Assembly: GCA_051294905.1 (NCBI GenBank)
Contig: CM119371.1
Span: 17,734,001 to 17,798,000 of the forward strand
DNA from: Botryllus schlosseri
Lineage: Eukaryota
Reading direction: 5' to 3'
DNA length: 64,000 nt
Shown: positions 49,086-61,393 of the stretch, one piece after another
Layout: each line of letters begins with the position of its first letter
How positions within the stretch are numbered: position 1 is the stretch's first letter
Made by a program: the position numbers and the translations under genes
Notes under the pieces: model-generated
The model's database searches: none
Seen by the model: the letters and a program-made list of their open reading frames with translations, nothing else
What the model was told of the DNA's origin: nothing

Positions 49086-52000
49086 ATGAGCTCAGAAATT
49101 GAACCTGTAACTGACTTCGTCCGTCTAATGGATAAGTGGAAGGTCGACCACCAGAATGAAGGGTATGATCTCCTATCGTTCCTGACACGATGTAGTGAGA
49201 TCTTGGAGTCTGCGTTAGTCGACTTCCATTTACGAAATCCAGACCCACTCGACCAGCGCCACCCGAAACTTGTCATCCCGGAATGTAGATTGGGCAAAGT
49301 ATTGACACTGCTCGAAAATTGCAAAGAATTCAATGATACGATGACTTCTACGTACCTAAAAACTAAGGATAGCCCGAAGAATGTCGGACGTGTAGTGATA
49401 GCTTCGGCGAAACTATCTCTCTTGACCGGGAAAGGGTATCGCATAACTGGATTGGATACTGAAGAATGCGTAAACGTCTTGATAAGCTGGATTATCGATG
49501 CAAACGAGCCTTTACGAACATATGCGACTGGTCTTATCAACGGTCATTGTGTTGTGAAAAAATTTGGTAAGGACAAAAGCATCGAACTTATTACTACCTT
49601 ACTGAGACGACTGTGGCATTATCTCGAGCCCGACACTTACAAGGAAGCGGAGCGTATTGTTTTCGATGAGAACCGGAATAAATCGAATCCAAGAAAACGA
49701 AAGCAATCTTCGAATTTTATCTCGCAAATAGACTGCAAATTTGTAGTTCGAGATGTTGATACAACGGGAAAATCTTGTGTGAATAACTTGTACAATAGCA
49801 GCTGTCTGGAGCAAATGCCGTGGATGCTAGACGTCAGCTGTTCACTGGAAAACTCCCTTAACGCCGGCCTAAGCAAGTGTTACACATTTCACTCGCTAAA
49901 ATGCTTTGGAGAGTCAGAAGAGTTTCTATCGACATTTAATGAATGTAACGCACTGTCTTTGATCTGTAGATATCTTAAAACGGAATCGGAAGATCGTGTG
50001 GTTTACATGGTTTTGGAATTTCTAAGCACGCTTATCCGCCATGCAAATGCCGCCATCAACTTCATTGACTCGGACGGCATTCAAAAATTAATTGATATTC
50101 AAAAACCATCGATGTGCTCCGCCGCAGTCGCTTTATGTTTATACAACCTGGCGGGCCACAAGGAGGCTATGGAGAAGATCTTTCACTCTCAGGCTTGTAT
50201 TTTGAGAGAACTCGTGAAGTTTGGCCTATGGCTTCTAGACTGTTCGCACGATTCTGGCAAATCCTATATCGCGCAGTTTTTTTCTGTGGCATTTTCGTGT
50301 CAGAACGTACTTTCGTTATTTGACGACATGAACGGTCTGAGATATCTTGTAAATATGATTTCCAGGACCAACTACATAATCCGCGCCGCTGATGATGAAT
50401 ACGATCCGCGGGAAGATCCGGATATGCCTCACACGACCACGCATATCATCAAGCCTGCGTGCGTAGCTCTCAGCATGTACTTCGAAGCACACGTTGTATT
50501 CAAAGTCGGACAGCTCGTGAAATTTTGCCCTTCTCTGAAGCGCAAATACCCTTCGATTGAGTTTGTCACGATATACGAGTTTGCGACGCACACGAGAGAC
50601 CTGCACTATGAATACTTTGAAATTCTTAGAGTGTTGTCCGATGAATGCGAGAATTTCAGTCTGGAAAGCTGGATGCCTATAGCTCTATTTCAAAGACTGG
50701 ACGGAGTTCCGTTGCTTCTAAAGATCATTACCGACACCGGCGAGTTAGCAGTCACCATTCCGGCGCAGGTGAAAGTCTGTCAGGCGGCGTTGGATGTTTT
50801 ATGCGCCGTCACATTGTCGCGGTCTTGTCAAATGACGCTCACGAAAACTTACCCAAATTTGGGAGTGCATGTCATTGGAATCCATCTTATTTTGAACTAT
50901 ATTGAAGGTCATATCCACTTTACTGAAGTCACTTGCACGGATGGGGTTTGTCTAAATTCGGCCATCGCCGTTATCGCGAATTGCACTGGAGGTACTTGCC
51001 CCAAAAGCTGGCATGACAATGAATCCTTCAAAGCACATGATCCGCTAAGGAATAATAAGATGAAACGTGATGTAGAAACATTGTGCAAGCTCATTCGACA
51101 GGCAGACGGAATGAAAACGCTGATATTTTTCTTATGGGTTACCAAACCGGTACAGACCGCAGATGAAACACGTTACTTCGCTTGCAAGGCTCTACTAGGG
51201 CTTGTCGAATACCACCAACCAGTGCGGCAGATCTTAGCAAAGCTTAACGCCTTAACCAGCCAATTACTTCCCGTTATCCAAGAGCCCGTTCTCAAAGACA
51301 AGAAAGAGCTAAATGTCAAGTTTTACAAGAATTTGACGCTACTCTTGGAAAGAATTGTAAAGGTGAAAGTCCTTACACTCGAGGATGACTTGAAGACTGC
51401 GCTAAGAACTGACGTTGTCCCAGAGACTCGTGCCCGGTATGATAATGAGGATGTCCTGTTGATGATTTATATCTATCTGGTTTCGTTGGGATTTGACGAC
51501 AATACTCGGCGATTGGCGCAGGGATCTGAGATTTTTTCAGATGATGACAATAACCTGTTCGCCACGTCCAACTCAGTGAGGAAATATGAAACCGGAAAAG
51601 GTTTTGTGACAGAAAATTCGAAATTTAGTGAAAGCAATTATTCCGCGCATCAAGTTACTCTCAATTCTATCACCGATGAACATCTTATCAAGAACCAACA
51701 CTCCAAACGTGGAAATACAGTTGTCGCTGTACCACCGTTTCCTCTATTCACTCACCATCATTGCCCCAAGCCCAGGAACAAAATCGAAGCATCGGTCAAC
51801 ATCCAAAAGCGACACTGTCACCAGCAGGGAGTTTATCCCAAATGGGGCGGTATTGGCGGTATGGGGCACTACCTGCGAATGATTTACAGTCGTTTCAGAA
51901 ATGCCGGGGTGATCAGGCCCACCAATGATCGTGGGTCGCATTTCACGGCTGTGGCGTTCGATCACAACGCCGACTGCGGGTTGATTCTTGGAGACAGCGC

Positions 52001-52853
52001 TGGAAATCTTCACTTTCACAAGGCCTCGAAGTTTGAAGATCGTTTCAAGATGGGGGTTTTTGAATCCACCATTACTTACATCGAACCATCATACGCGGGA
52101 GACGTGATGCTTCTCCTGTCGTCGAACTGCTGGTGGCATCACAATTGCGCTTTATTTGCCATGGATGATACGCTCGATAAGAAGTTAACTTTTGAAGGCA
52201 TCGATTTTGTCGAGTTTTCCAAGTCCGTGCAAGACAAAATTGTCGCTTCGAGGGTTGCCCAAGCAATTATCTACGATGTCAATACGGGCACAGCTATCAA
52301 CACCTATGGAAAAGATGCCGATGATTACTTCTATTCAGAAGACAAGCTGGGGTGTTACTACGAAAGGAATCGTGCCACGTTTTCGTACGACGACCGATTA
52401 GTTCTAAGCAACGGGTGCTTGTGGGATGTCCGAAAATCACAGACTTTGCCCGTCCACAGATATGATCAGTTCAGCGATACGATTAGCGGAGTGTTCCACC
52501 CGAACGGTCTTGAAGTGATCATCAACACTGAAGTTTGGGATATGAGAAACTATGAACTGATTCGGACTATACCCACACTCGATCAATTCCAATTAGTGTT
52601 CAATCGTAGCCGGAATGTTATGTACGCCATGAAGATTGACACCGAAGAGCGGCCGGGTTTGATGTCAGCAATCAGCACGTTCGACGCGTCGAATTACAAG
52701 CAGTTGGGTTCTATCTCTGCAGAGCAAGAAGTCGGCGCTCTCGCGTTGGACGACTGCGACCGCAACATTGCCACAATAGAAAAGTCGAGCGATTGGTCAA
52801 TGTCTGTGTGTAGGATGTATGAAGTCGGCATGGTACTTGAAGATGATGAATAG
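49086..52853 (+). CDS. DCAF1: DDB1- and CUL4-associated factor 1 (VprBP)-like, intronless, divergent, 1255 aa
   Basis: N-terminal DPLDQRHP and EPLRTYATGL; LisH-like LLMIYIYLVSLGF; TLNSITDEHL..QH...PPFPLFTHHHCP; YSRFR; WD40 region NRATF...LVLSNGCLWDVR...HRYDQF...SGVFHPNGLEVIINTEVWDMR...YEVG. Confidence 0.95.
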   Translation: MSSEIEPVTDFVRLMDKWKVDHQNEGYDLLSFLTRCSEILESALVDFHLRNPDPLDQRHPKLVIPECRLGKVLTLLENCKEFNDTMTSTYLKTKDSPKNVGRVVIASAKLSLLTGKGYRITGLDTEECVNVLISWIIDANEPLRTYATGLINGHCVVKKFGKDKSIELITTLLRRLWHYLEPDTYKEAERIVFDENRNKSNPRKRKQSSNFISQIDCKFVVRDVDTTGKSCVNNLYNSSCLEQMPWMLDVSCSLENSLNAGLSKCYTFHSLKCFGESEEFLSTFNECNALSLICRYLKTESEDRVVYMVLEFLSTLIRHANAAINFIDSDGIQKLIDIQKPSMCSAAVALCLYNLAGHKEAMEKIFHSQACILRELVKFGLWLLDCSHDSGKSYIAQFFSVAFSCQNVLSLFDDMNGLRYLVNMISRTNYIIRAADDEYDPREDPDMPHTTTHIIKPACVALSMYFEAHVVFKVGQLVKFCPSLKRKYPSIEFVTIYEFATHTRDLHYEYFEILRVLSDECENFSLESWMPIALFQRLDGVPLLLKIITDTGELAVTIPAQVKVCQAALDVLCAVTLSRSCQMTLTKTYPNLGVHVIGIHLILNYIEGHIHFTEVTCTDGVCLNSAIAVIANCTGGTCPKSWHDNESFKAHDPLRNNKMKRDVETLCKLIRQADGMKTLIFFLWVTKPVQTADETRYFACKALLGLVEYHQPVRQILAKLNALTSQLLPVIQEPVLKDKKELNVKFYKNLTLLLERIVKVKVLTLEDDLKTALRTDVVPETRARYDNEDVLLMIYIYLVSLGFDDNTRRLAQGSEIFSDDDNNLFATSNSVRKYETGKGFVTENSKFSESNYSAHQVTLNSITDEHLIKNQHSKRGNTVVAVPPFPLFTHHHCPKPRNKIEASVNIQKRHCHQQGVYPKWGGIGGMGHYLRMIYSRFRNAGVIRPTNDRGSHFTAVAFDHNADCGLILGDSAGNLHFHKASKFEDRFKMGVFESTITYIEPSYAGDVMLLLSSNCWWHHNCALFAMDDTLDKKLTFEGIDFVEFSKSVQDKIVASRVAQAIIYDVNTGTAINTYGKDADDYFYSEDKLGCYYERNRATFSYDDRLVLSNGCLWDVRKSQTLPVHRYDQFSDTISGVFHPNGLEVIINTEVWDMRNYELIRTIPTLDQFQLVFNRSRNVMYAMKIDTEERPGLMSAISTFDASNYKQLGSISAEQEVGALALDDCDRNIATIEKSSDWSMSVCRMYEVGMVLEDDE

Positions 52854-54119
52854 GGAGGTTAGAATAATGACTAAAACGGACCGGAGATGATAACAGCTTG
52901 CACTGTGATCATGATATCGCGTCTGCTGACTTGCCACAAGTTGTACGACACAGTCCGGGAAATGATATGAATGATGAATTCTGATTTGAGCCCGACTCGG
53001 TAATGCTGCGTGATATGTTCGAACACTTGATAAACTGATGCGTGATGATGCATGATAACTTTTTTTAACCGGTTCGTTGCAAATTGATCTTGTGGATTTG
53101 ACGCAATACAGATCTCCCTGCTACTTGATGGCGTGAGTCTTCAGTAATCAAAATAGCGTCGGTTCAGCGAGCTATTTATCACGTGGAAAGTTGTCGTCGT
53201 TGGTATTTGAGTTGAGGTAGAGGTAACGTCTAAAATTTCTACTCCATAGTATAAAAGTATAGGAACAACGGTTTCCTAGACTAGTTGAAACTACCGAGTA
53301 AGTGGTTTTTAACAATTATATTTAGTCGAGGGGTGGTATATACTTTTAGCAATTGACCACACGTGACTAAAATCATCTGCGCGACTGATGCAAAATGATG
53401 AATGGGCGCAATTTTCGAAAATGAATTCAGTTGTTTTGGCATAGCAACTGTTTTGACCAGTTGGTCAAATAATTCACTTATGAAGGCTACGCAAACTTGG
53501 TTCACAAAATCCAAAGAGCAAAAGTTCTGTGGTTTTGCCTTGAAACTGTTAAGTCGAAGTGAAACTAGTTATAAATCATAGCAAGTTATGCAAATACTCA
53601 CACCGTGTAAGGTCAGATTATAACGTGTCAGGTAACCTATGCTAATGATTTATGTCAACCAGGAGATGTTAAATGGAAGGAATGAAGATATATTCAAGTG
53701 AAGTGAGCTGAAAAGTAAAGTACACGACGGTGCTAACGACCGTATGAATGCATGGTTTTGTGATCACAATCTCGAAATGTATCCCAGATCTGTAGCCGTA
53801 GGATATAGGCTAATGATAATCTTGTCACTACAGATAAGCATAAGTCTAGCTAACCCCCAATTTTAACCTTACCGCTTTTTGAACGTGTATAGTCATCCCA
53901 TTTCCCAATCCTAATTCCTTAATGTCAGATTGGTAAGATAATCGCGTTCAATTCATTTCGCCAGTGTCGATGCCCACAGTAATGGTAGAGGCTAAGACTT
54001 TATTACTACTATCACTGTTATCAAGTGAGAACGGAATTGGCGTGATGCAATGCAGCTTTGATTAGTAGTGACTCTCATACAGTGTTGGGACTATAGGCCT
54101 ACTCGAGTCACTTTTTACA

Positions 54120-54235
54120 GGTGACAAGATACCGTAGTGGTATGGTCCACAGCTGCAACACAATAAGTTTGAGTCCGACCGAGTTCGACTCAAGAATTCC
54201 TTCTCAAGTGTTGGCGGTCTATCTAGGCTCGTCGC
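54120..54235 (+). mobile_element. SINE family 1, 5' fragment
   Basis: Aligns to the head of 63200-63477 (GAGTCCGACCGAGTTCGACTC...AAGTGTTGG...TAGGCTC). Confidence 0.7.
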
Positions 54236-55621
54236 AGAATGTCATGTTTAATTATTTATATAGGACAGCCGACTGGAATAGTCTTCCAATGTTACTAGCA
54301 CCGCTCTTATGTGTCGTCAATATGTTCTTCAGCATTGCGTCATTGTGGCCCAAGTCGTCGTGTGAATTGCTATAAGCTACCACTTCACTATAATATAGGG
54401 TTGAATTAGCAAAACGACGTCACGTGAAGTCATGAGGTTCCGGTTCGCGTTCACACAGAACCTTTCAAAAAAGTTCGCGTTCACACGAACCGGAACCTTT
54501 CAGAGGTTCACACCATCCCGAATAATTTTACAACTTGAAATATTTTTTTTAAAGACCTTTGTTTAAAATACTGTTGAAAACAGGCTATAAACAAAGTGTT
54601 ATAAAACACCGTTTTTAATTTTAATGCAACACTAGTCGTTGGCGTACGCCTACTTTCAGTAACTAAACCGCCATGGTTCGTAAGGCACAGTTTCGCCATA
54701 ATACAAGATGAGAATAACAATCTAAAATACATTTCATCCCTTGATTGAGTCGGGAAGGTGCAATATTAAAGAACTACGTGTCAGAAAATTTTCAACGCGT
54801 CAAGAAGAGACTGGTGAGGTGCAATGCTGCTTTGTGTCGCAATCTTTTGCTGCAAATCGAATACAGTGGATTTCTGATGACAGTGGCTGCCGACTAGACG
54901 TTCTTCACCCTTCAGCAATTAGGGTCACATGGGGCGCAGTGCCCTTTGATCATTAGACATCTGTGAAGTGCGCTGCCCGTTTATCTGAAGTCATTGCATA
55001 AACAGATTTCATACTTTCATACTTTTATTGTAAACGATTTCAGTCAGGCACCGATGTAATACTTCATAAACCACGTCACAGTTGGATTACAATTCTCCAC
55101 GAAATCTCCTTTTATTGCAAATAATGATAGCATGACATTGAAAATTTAAAATGCAAATATCTCGAAAACCTGATGTGGCGGAACGCAATAAGTGACTATA
55201 GCAGAAATCAGGGCCAGAAACTCCTAGAGAATCATCTAGTCGCTATTAACTTTTGGTCCTTAATGCGCAGTAATAAATCGACATTGACAGGCACACATCG
55301 TCAAATCTCATGCTCCGGATTAGAATATATCACGAAAATCGCCCAGGCATTATTTCGAAAGCAAGGATGTGGGTTGCTGCGAATATGGGCGCAAATACAA
55401 TTCAATTTGAAGAAGAAAGTGTTTTTACCCGTCTAGTCGGGAATCGGGATATGATATGGTGTTCCTCAGTTTGTGCGTGTCGATATCGATCTCCCGAACG
55501 AGGCCACGTTTTAACCTCTCGCGTCGTTTCGCCTGATTACGTGAGTACAAATTAGTTAGTGGTGTATTATTGGAGATTGAGAGAGAGAGTAGTTAGTGCT
55601 GAAGATGTAAATAAATCGCTG

Positions 55622-55923
55622 GGTTGCCCGACATATGAGCATGCGACACAATGGAAAACGACAGTTCAGCATGGAACACATCAGCATGCGTCACTTCAGC
55701 ATGTGACTGTATAACCCAAAAATTTACCCTAACCCGAAACATAGCCTAACCTAACCTAACCTAGCCTAACCTAACCTAAACCCTAACCCTAACCCAATCA
55801 TAAACCTAACCTAACCTACCCCTAATCCGTAATTTAACCCACATGCTCATGTGTCGCATGCCAAATTGTCGCATGCCGAAGCGTCGCATGCTGTAATGTC
55901 GCATGCTCATATGTCCACGGACC
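55622..55923. mobile_element. MULE-like MITE with internal (CCTAA)n tract
   Basis: 9-bp TSD AAATCGCTG (55613-55621, 55924-55932); inverted ends GACATATGAGCATGCGACA / TGTCGCATGCTCATATGTC with tandem subterminal repeats. Confidence 0.85.
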
Positions 55924-57248
55924 AAATCGCTGTTCCTGGAGTGTATCAGCAAAGCGCGCGGGTAAGGTGTAAATGAACACGGTTGTGTCGACAACATGAA
56001 ATAACTGTTACAAACAACTGGTTCGTGCATATGAAGAGATTTCTGAATCAAAGATTTTACATCGACGTTCTCGGCTAAAATTAAACGTGCTATATTTGTA
56101 CAGCGCCGTTCTCGGTACTGTAATTACAATGTCATGATATCATATTCGTCAGCCAGGAAATTCGCGGGACAAAACGGCGACAGGATATCTAGGCTACCTG
56201 TCTGAGATGTGCTCGTGCCTGCTTATGCCTATACCTGACGTTTTCAAACCGCCATATGATGCAAAGAATACGTGCTAGCAGTGGCGGCTCGTGACAATAT
56301 CGGGTGGTGGGGCAAGGGATGCAAGCGACTTTTTATCAATATGACGTCACAATGGCGTTTTCCAACGTAAACAAGTAACTTGGTGGTACGGTAACACGAA
56401 CTTCCCGACAACAGTGATTTTAACGTATGTGCCGCGAGAGGTCTGCCGGTCAGCCGTGACTTGAAGTGTGGTAACTGCGTAAACGGCGTACGGAATTAAG
56501 ATTCGACACGGTTCATGTTCGCACTATAGCTGACTACTTATCTGCAGAAATGGAAATGACTATAGCTCGAGAGATTGCGTAAGCCTAACTGGAAAGGTCA
56601 ACCAGTTCGGACACATACGCAATTGTTATCTCATAGATTGGACATGTCATATTGAATCCAAAACATCATTCTGAAGAACTGCGGATAGCAGCCTCGGAAA
56701 TTCGGTCGCGGTACAGCATAGGAGATTTTGGCCTTGAGGCTGGACACTGTCACACGACACATACGGCTTACGAGTGTTTATATGTCTGCTGCAAAATCGC
56801 CTTTGGAAAATATATTACCGAATAAATACGTGGATGAAAGCCGAAAACTTGGTACATTGCTACATGAAATCATCGAGAAGTAGCCTCATGACCTTTTTCG
56901 GTATGGTACACTGTCAAAATTAATACGAACAGACCAACACCGAATTTTGCGCAGAATTTATAGAGGAAAAGGCTGATCAAGCGATCTGCTGTTAGCCGCC
57001 ATCGAAAACAAAACAGCTATCGCGCTTGACAGGGGTTGTAATTTTAAGCAAATGGCCTGAAGGCCACAATTTCACGGTGAAATTGACATTGGAAAATATA
57101 AAATAAAAGTAAATATTTGAATGCAAACCGAGGATGTTAGTAAACTGTTTCATGATATCATCATCTCATCACCTATCTCAGTATGGAACACAGTTAGCGT
57201 TAACACAGATACACCGACTTTTGCGTGAAATCCGCAATGCGTTATAGG

Positions 57249-58510
57249 TAGGGTTGGGACTTCGGGATCAAATTTGAAATCCCGGGATCGGGATTTTCCC
57301 GGGATTCTCGCTTCTCAATCCCGGGATTTCCCGGGATTGGAAAAGTATTGAAATACACATACAAGCTACACAATAGGGCTGTTCAAAAATAACCTTTTTT
57401 CCTGAATCTTGCCGGGTACGTTATAAAATCGTTAAGTTGCCTTAAAAAACGACGCACACCAAATTTGAATTCATTCCAACCAATATTCGCGGGTTTCGTA
57501 GAGTTTGAAAATTTTGAATTCAAAAATTTTTTTTTTCAAATTTTTCTGCCAACCCCATGCCATTGTTGGGCTGTCTTCAAAAACTATGCAAAACAAATTT
57601 GACTCAATTACAAGTAGGGTTGGGACTTCGGGATCAAATTTGAAATCCCGGGATCGGGATTTCCCGGGATTTTCGCTCCTCAATCCCGGGACTCCCCGAG
57701 ATTAGAAAAGTAGTAAAATAGACATACAAGTTACACAAATAACATTTAGTCCTTGTGATATTGAATTGACGCAAAACATAAGAGCATCAAGAGTATCATC
57801 GTTTAGATCAGGGGTCCGAAACTCCAATTTTATCGCGGGCCAATTTCGTAGTTTTTGATGACGCTGCGGGCAGCAGCATCAAATAGGGGTATAATATGTA
57901 TTTCCCAGTACGCCTTTTTTGTCGGACCTTGCAGATTGGCATTCCATACACATTGTGAAAATGTAATACAATATTGTAATATTCACGGTTGCCACGAAAA
58001 AGTCATATTTTTCAATATTTTTTAAAAATATTGTTGTGCTTGGCATAATTTGGCGACATAAAGGAGTTATATAGACAGTTAGAAACCATGCGAGACGACA
58101 AATGCATCGTGTCATCGTAAAAGCTGTCGCATTATAATTTAGCAGCTAGTGGACGTTTGATGTGTGATTCAGGTTTTTGGAGTGGTTTCAGAATGAAATT
58201 TCAAGTTCTCAAACCCGAAATCTGAAATTTTCGAGTTTAATATTGTAGAATCCTAGAATGCTTGAAAAGTCAAAACGCCGACGTGGGCCGCAAAAACAGT
58301 TCTGGCGGGCCGCGTGTTTGAGGCCACTGTTCTAGACAATCAGCCGAGTTTGTGACACTGCTTTATTACCAAAATAAGAGATATGGCGCTACATAAGCCT
58401 TGGTAGATGCTGTTCACAAATCCCGGGATTTCATCGGGACCAATCCCGGCATCGGGATTGCTTCAAATCCCGGGATCCCGGGATCGGGATTTCCCGGGGT
58501 CCCAACGCTA
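57249..58510. mobile_element. CCCGGGAT-rich hAT element with duplicated left end
   Basis: TAGGGTTGGGAC...GTCCCAACGCTA; TSD GTTATAGG (57241-57248, 58511-58518); left end repeated at 57615. Confidence 0.88.
57809..58329. mobile_element. Charlie-like hAT MITE (third nesting level)
   Basis: CAGGGGTCC...GGCCACTG ends; GCGGGCC motifs; flanks GTTTAGAT / TTCTAGAC. Confidence 0.65.
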
Positions 58511-61393
58511 GTTATAGGTAGGTTAAGTGTCAGATCAGCGCACATCTCTACCATACTCGACCTTGATAACGAAATTGCTGCCCTAATCATTGAGTGCCAA
58601 CCTTGAGACTTGGCACAGCGTTCGATACTAAAATAAAGACATACCATGCAAAAGCTCATGACGGATCTAGGTAAGGAGCATCGTTAAAGTCAATGGAGAT
58701 CAATACCGGCTTTGCGTAAAATATGTTTGCGATAAATGACGAGTCAGCTCTCACTCGACTTAGGAAACGAAATTACCACTAACTTAGTTCAGTGACAAAC
58801 TTGAAACTTGGTACAGCGTTCGATACTAACATTAAGACTTATCGTACCATATGTCATGACCGATCTCGATATGGAACATCGTCAAAATCAATGGATACCA
58901 ATACCGGCTTTTGAGTAAAATCTGTTCGCGATATAGAACGGATCAGCACACACTCAACTTCGGAAACGGAATTATTACCCTAAACTTTAAGTAGAAACCC
59001 TGAAACTTGGGACAGTGTTAAATACCACCATCACGACATGTCATACCAAGTTTCAAGAATTATCATGGTGTGAAACGCCATCAAAATCGACCTATACCAG
59101 CAAAGGTCGACTAAACGCATATGACGGTAACCGAGTTCAGATATAGATACGATTGTTACATCACACCTTTAAGGGCGACCAGGCTATGTTGCCCCACCTG
59201 CTCGGTAATTTTATGAATAGGAGAGAGAGTAAATCAATGTTTCTTTATTGTGCGCGGCTTTGAGAGAATAGACAGTGAAAGCTTGTTATGAGCGCTACCG
59301 GGGCATGCCCCGGCTAGGCATTCGCAAAGCGAAAACTCGAAGAGAATTCGATTTTCGCAGAGACTTCGCTATATATGGACATTTACAAGCGAAAGGACAA
59401 GAAGAATACGGTTTTCGCTGTGAATTCGGTATATATAGATTGCTGTGCGTCTATAAATGGTAAAGAATTGTTATTGAACAGAATTTTAGGCGGGGCAATG
59501 CGCCAGTTGCCCTATAGGACGAGCCGCCACTTTGTGCTAGTACAAATATTACCAAGTATCCTGTAATTAAGGATATCTATATCGCAATATATGCGTAGAT
59601 ACTCTCGAGGGCAGAGCGCGATAATAATTGGTATTTAATCCGACGATATACGAACACCGAAAAGTATCGGTGTACTGACTGTACTAAAAGTCGGCTCAAG
59701 AAAATGTTTGGACTATTTTGACCCGCCTATTTATTGTCATCACGGGACTATGAATATGATTCCCTACATATATCGACAGCAATAACTTTGTGGTTTCGAC
59801 CGCCTCAAGCACTTCAAATTCGAATGTCTAAATTTCAAATCATCGCCATGTACAGCAATTGGATTTGGATATAAATAGCATCAGGACATATTGAAAGCTC
59901 ATATCAAAAATATTCTGTTACTGTCATTGCAGTGCGTGTTGTAAAGTTACGAGGTAATAAGTGGCGTTCGATGAAGTTGCTATTTCAAGATAGGGCAATA
60001 AACTTGTACAAACTACCCATTTAGTTAGTTAATGGTCAACTAACTATCGTTTTTTCGAGTAGTTCTAGTGCTAGTTATAGTTGCGGATATTGAAGAGTGA
60101 GTTGATTTAGTTCTAGTTCAAAATGAACAACAAAATGCCGAACAACTAAAAAGCACGTGTCATCGTTTTGCGTGAATCTAGATACTGGGGTTCCGTTGAA
60201 TGATGCTAATGCCTGTGAATGTGCAGCCATTGCTAGCTAAGAGCCCTCACTACTAACAGTGACGTATAGTCAACGTGTAGGTTTTTGGGTCCATAAATCT
60301 CTCTCATTTCAAACTCGAATCCCTGTCCCTTTGAAATGTAGATTCTATGTCTGATAATTCCGATAAAATAACAAAAATGAATTTGCTGCCCTGGAGAATG
60401 AAATTCAGTTAAGCACGGTTCCTAGCATTTAATGACTTGGGAACCCGTACGCCAGAGGTGGGCGATTATTTGTATGAGAATAAGAAGCAGGAAATAAATC
60501 GGCGTGTTGGGTCAAAAGTTTGAAACTTATTTTGCGGCGTATTAATTTCTAACCATTTCTAAATTGAAAGCACAAGCCTCTGAGTGGAAGTGTTACTATT
60601 ATGCAATCAGGAAGTTAGAGTTAATGTAGCCTACACAAAAATAATATTGGTCATTTTGCACCAGGCCGATATTCTTTATTTATGGATTCCGTGTTTACCG
60701 ACTTGTAGCACGGCCCAATTCCAGACATCCGAGTGACTGCGTGTTTATGTCATAATCCCGACTTAAATTAACCCATGTTATATGCTATATCGGCTTTATT
60801 TTGAATCTAGATTAAGCATACGATGAACGTTGGCTATGTATAACAACGGTACACGAAGAAACAGTAAAGACTGAACAGTTTCCAAAGTAAACGCATTTCC
60901 GTTCAACACAAGGTTTTAATTTGTAGACATTAGCAACTTTCGTCAGGCCAGAGCACGCCTTGTCGGGAATGTGTGGATTTATTTTCACGCCGCTTAGGAC
61001 CCCGATTTTAAGTTAGCAAAAATCTTGTTATTAAATATGCACTATTTGGTCTAATTTATCGGTACCGTTCACACTTTGATGGTCACGCGCTTCTATAATT
61101 CGCTCGATAATTATCCACTATGTTACTATATATATATATTGTAATACGGCATGTTTACAGCAACCGCCATCCGTGGATATGGCAGAAATCTTCATAAATT
61201 CTTCACAAGCTTTCGGAGCTCCGTTCCGTTCAGGTGATAATAATTTTAAAAGCTTTAAAGCAGAAATCTGAAATTCCAAGAGCTTCACTAGGAGGTACAG
61301 AACTTCAATTTACAATTGAACAGTGTGTTCAATTCATATTGGAACAAACACGAACACATTCGGCTGGTAATCGTAAGGTGTCATCTATTAGTG

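Larger units (their letters stand above)
56279..59532. mobile_element. Non-autonomous hAT element with internal ~199-bp repeats and nested MITEs
   Basis: CAGTGGCGGCTCGT...ACGAGCCGCCACTT; TSD CGTGCTAG / TGTGCTAG (56271-56278, 59533-59540). Confidence 0.85.

Noticed and set aside
49034..52401. Antisense and alternate-frame ORFs overlapping DCAF1, CCNQ and the GPCR
   Set aside because: Shadow ORFs of real coding sequence without independent motifs.
48247..53100. DCAF1 captured inside a transposon
   Set aside because: The upstream MITE closes at 49002, before the ATG; no enclosing TIR/TSD pair or poly(A) tail with TSD was found.
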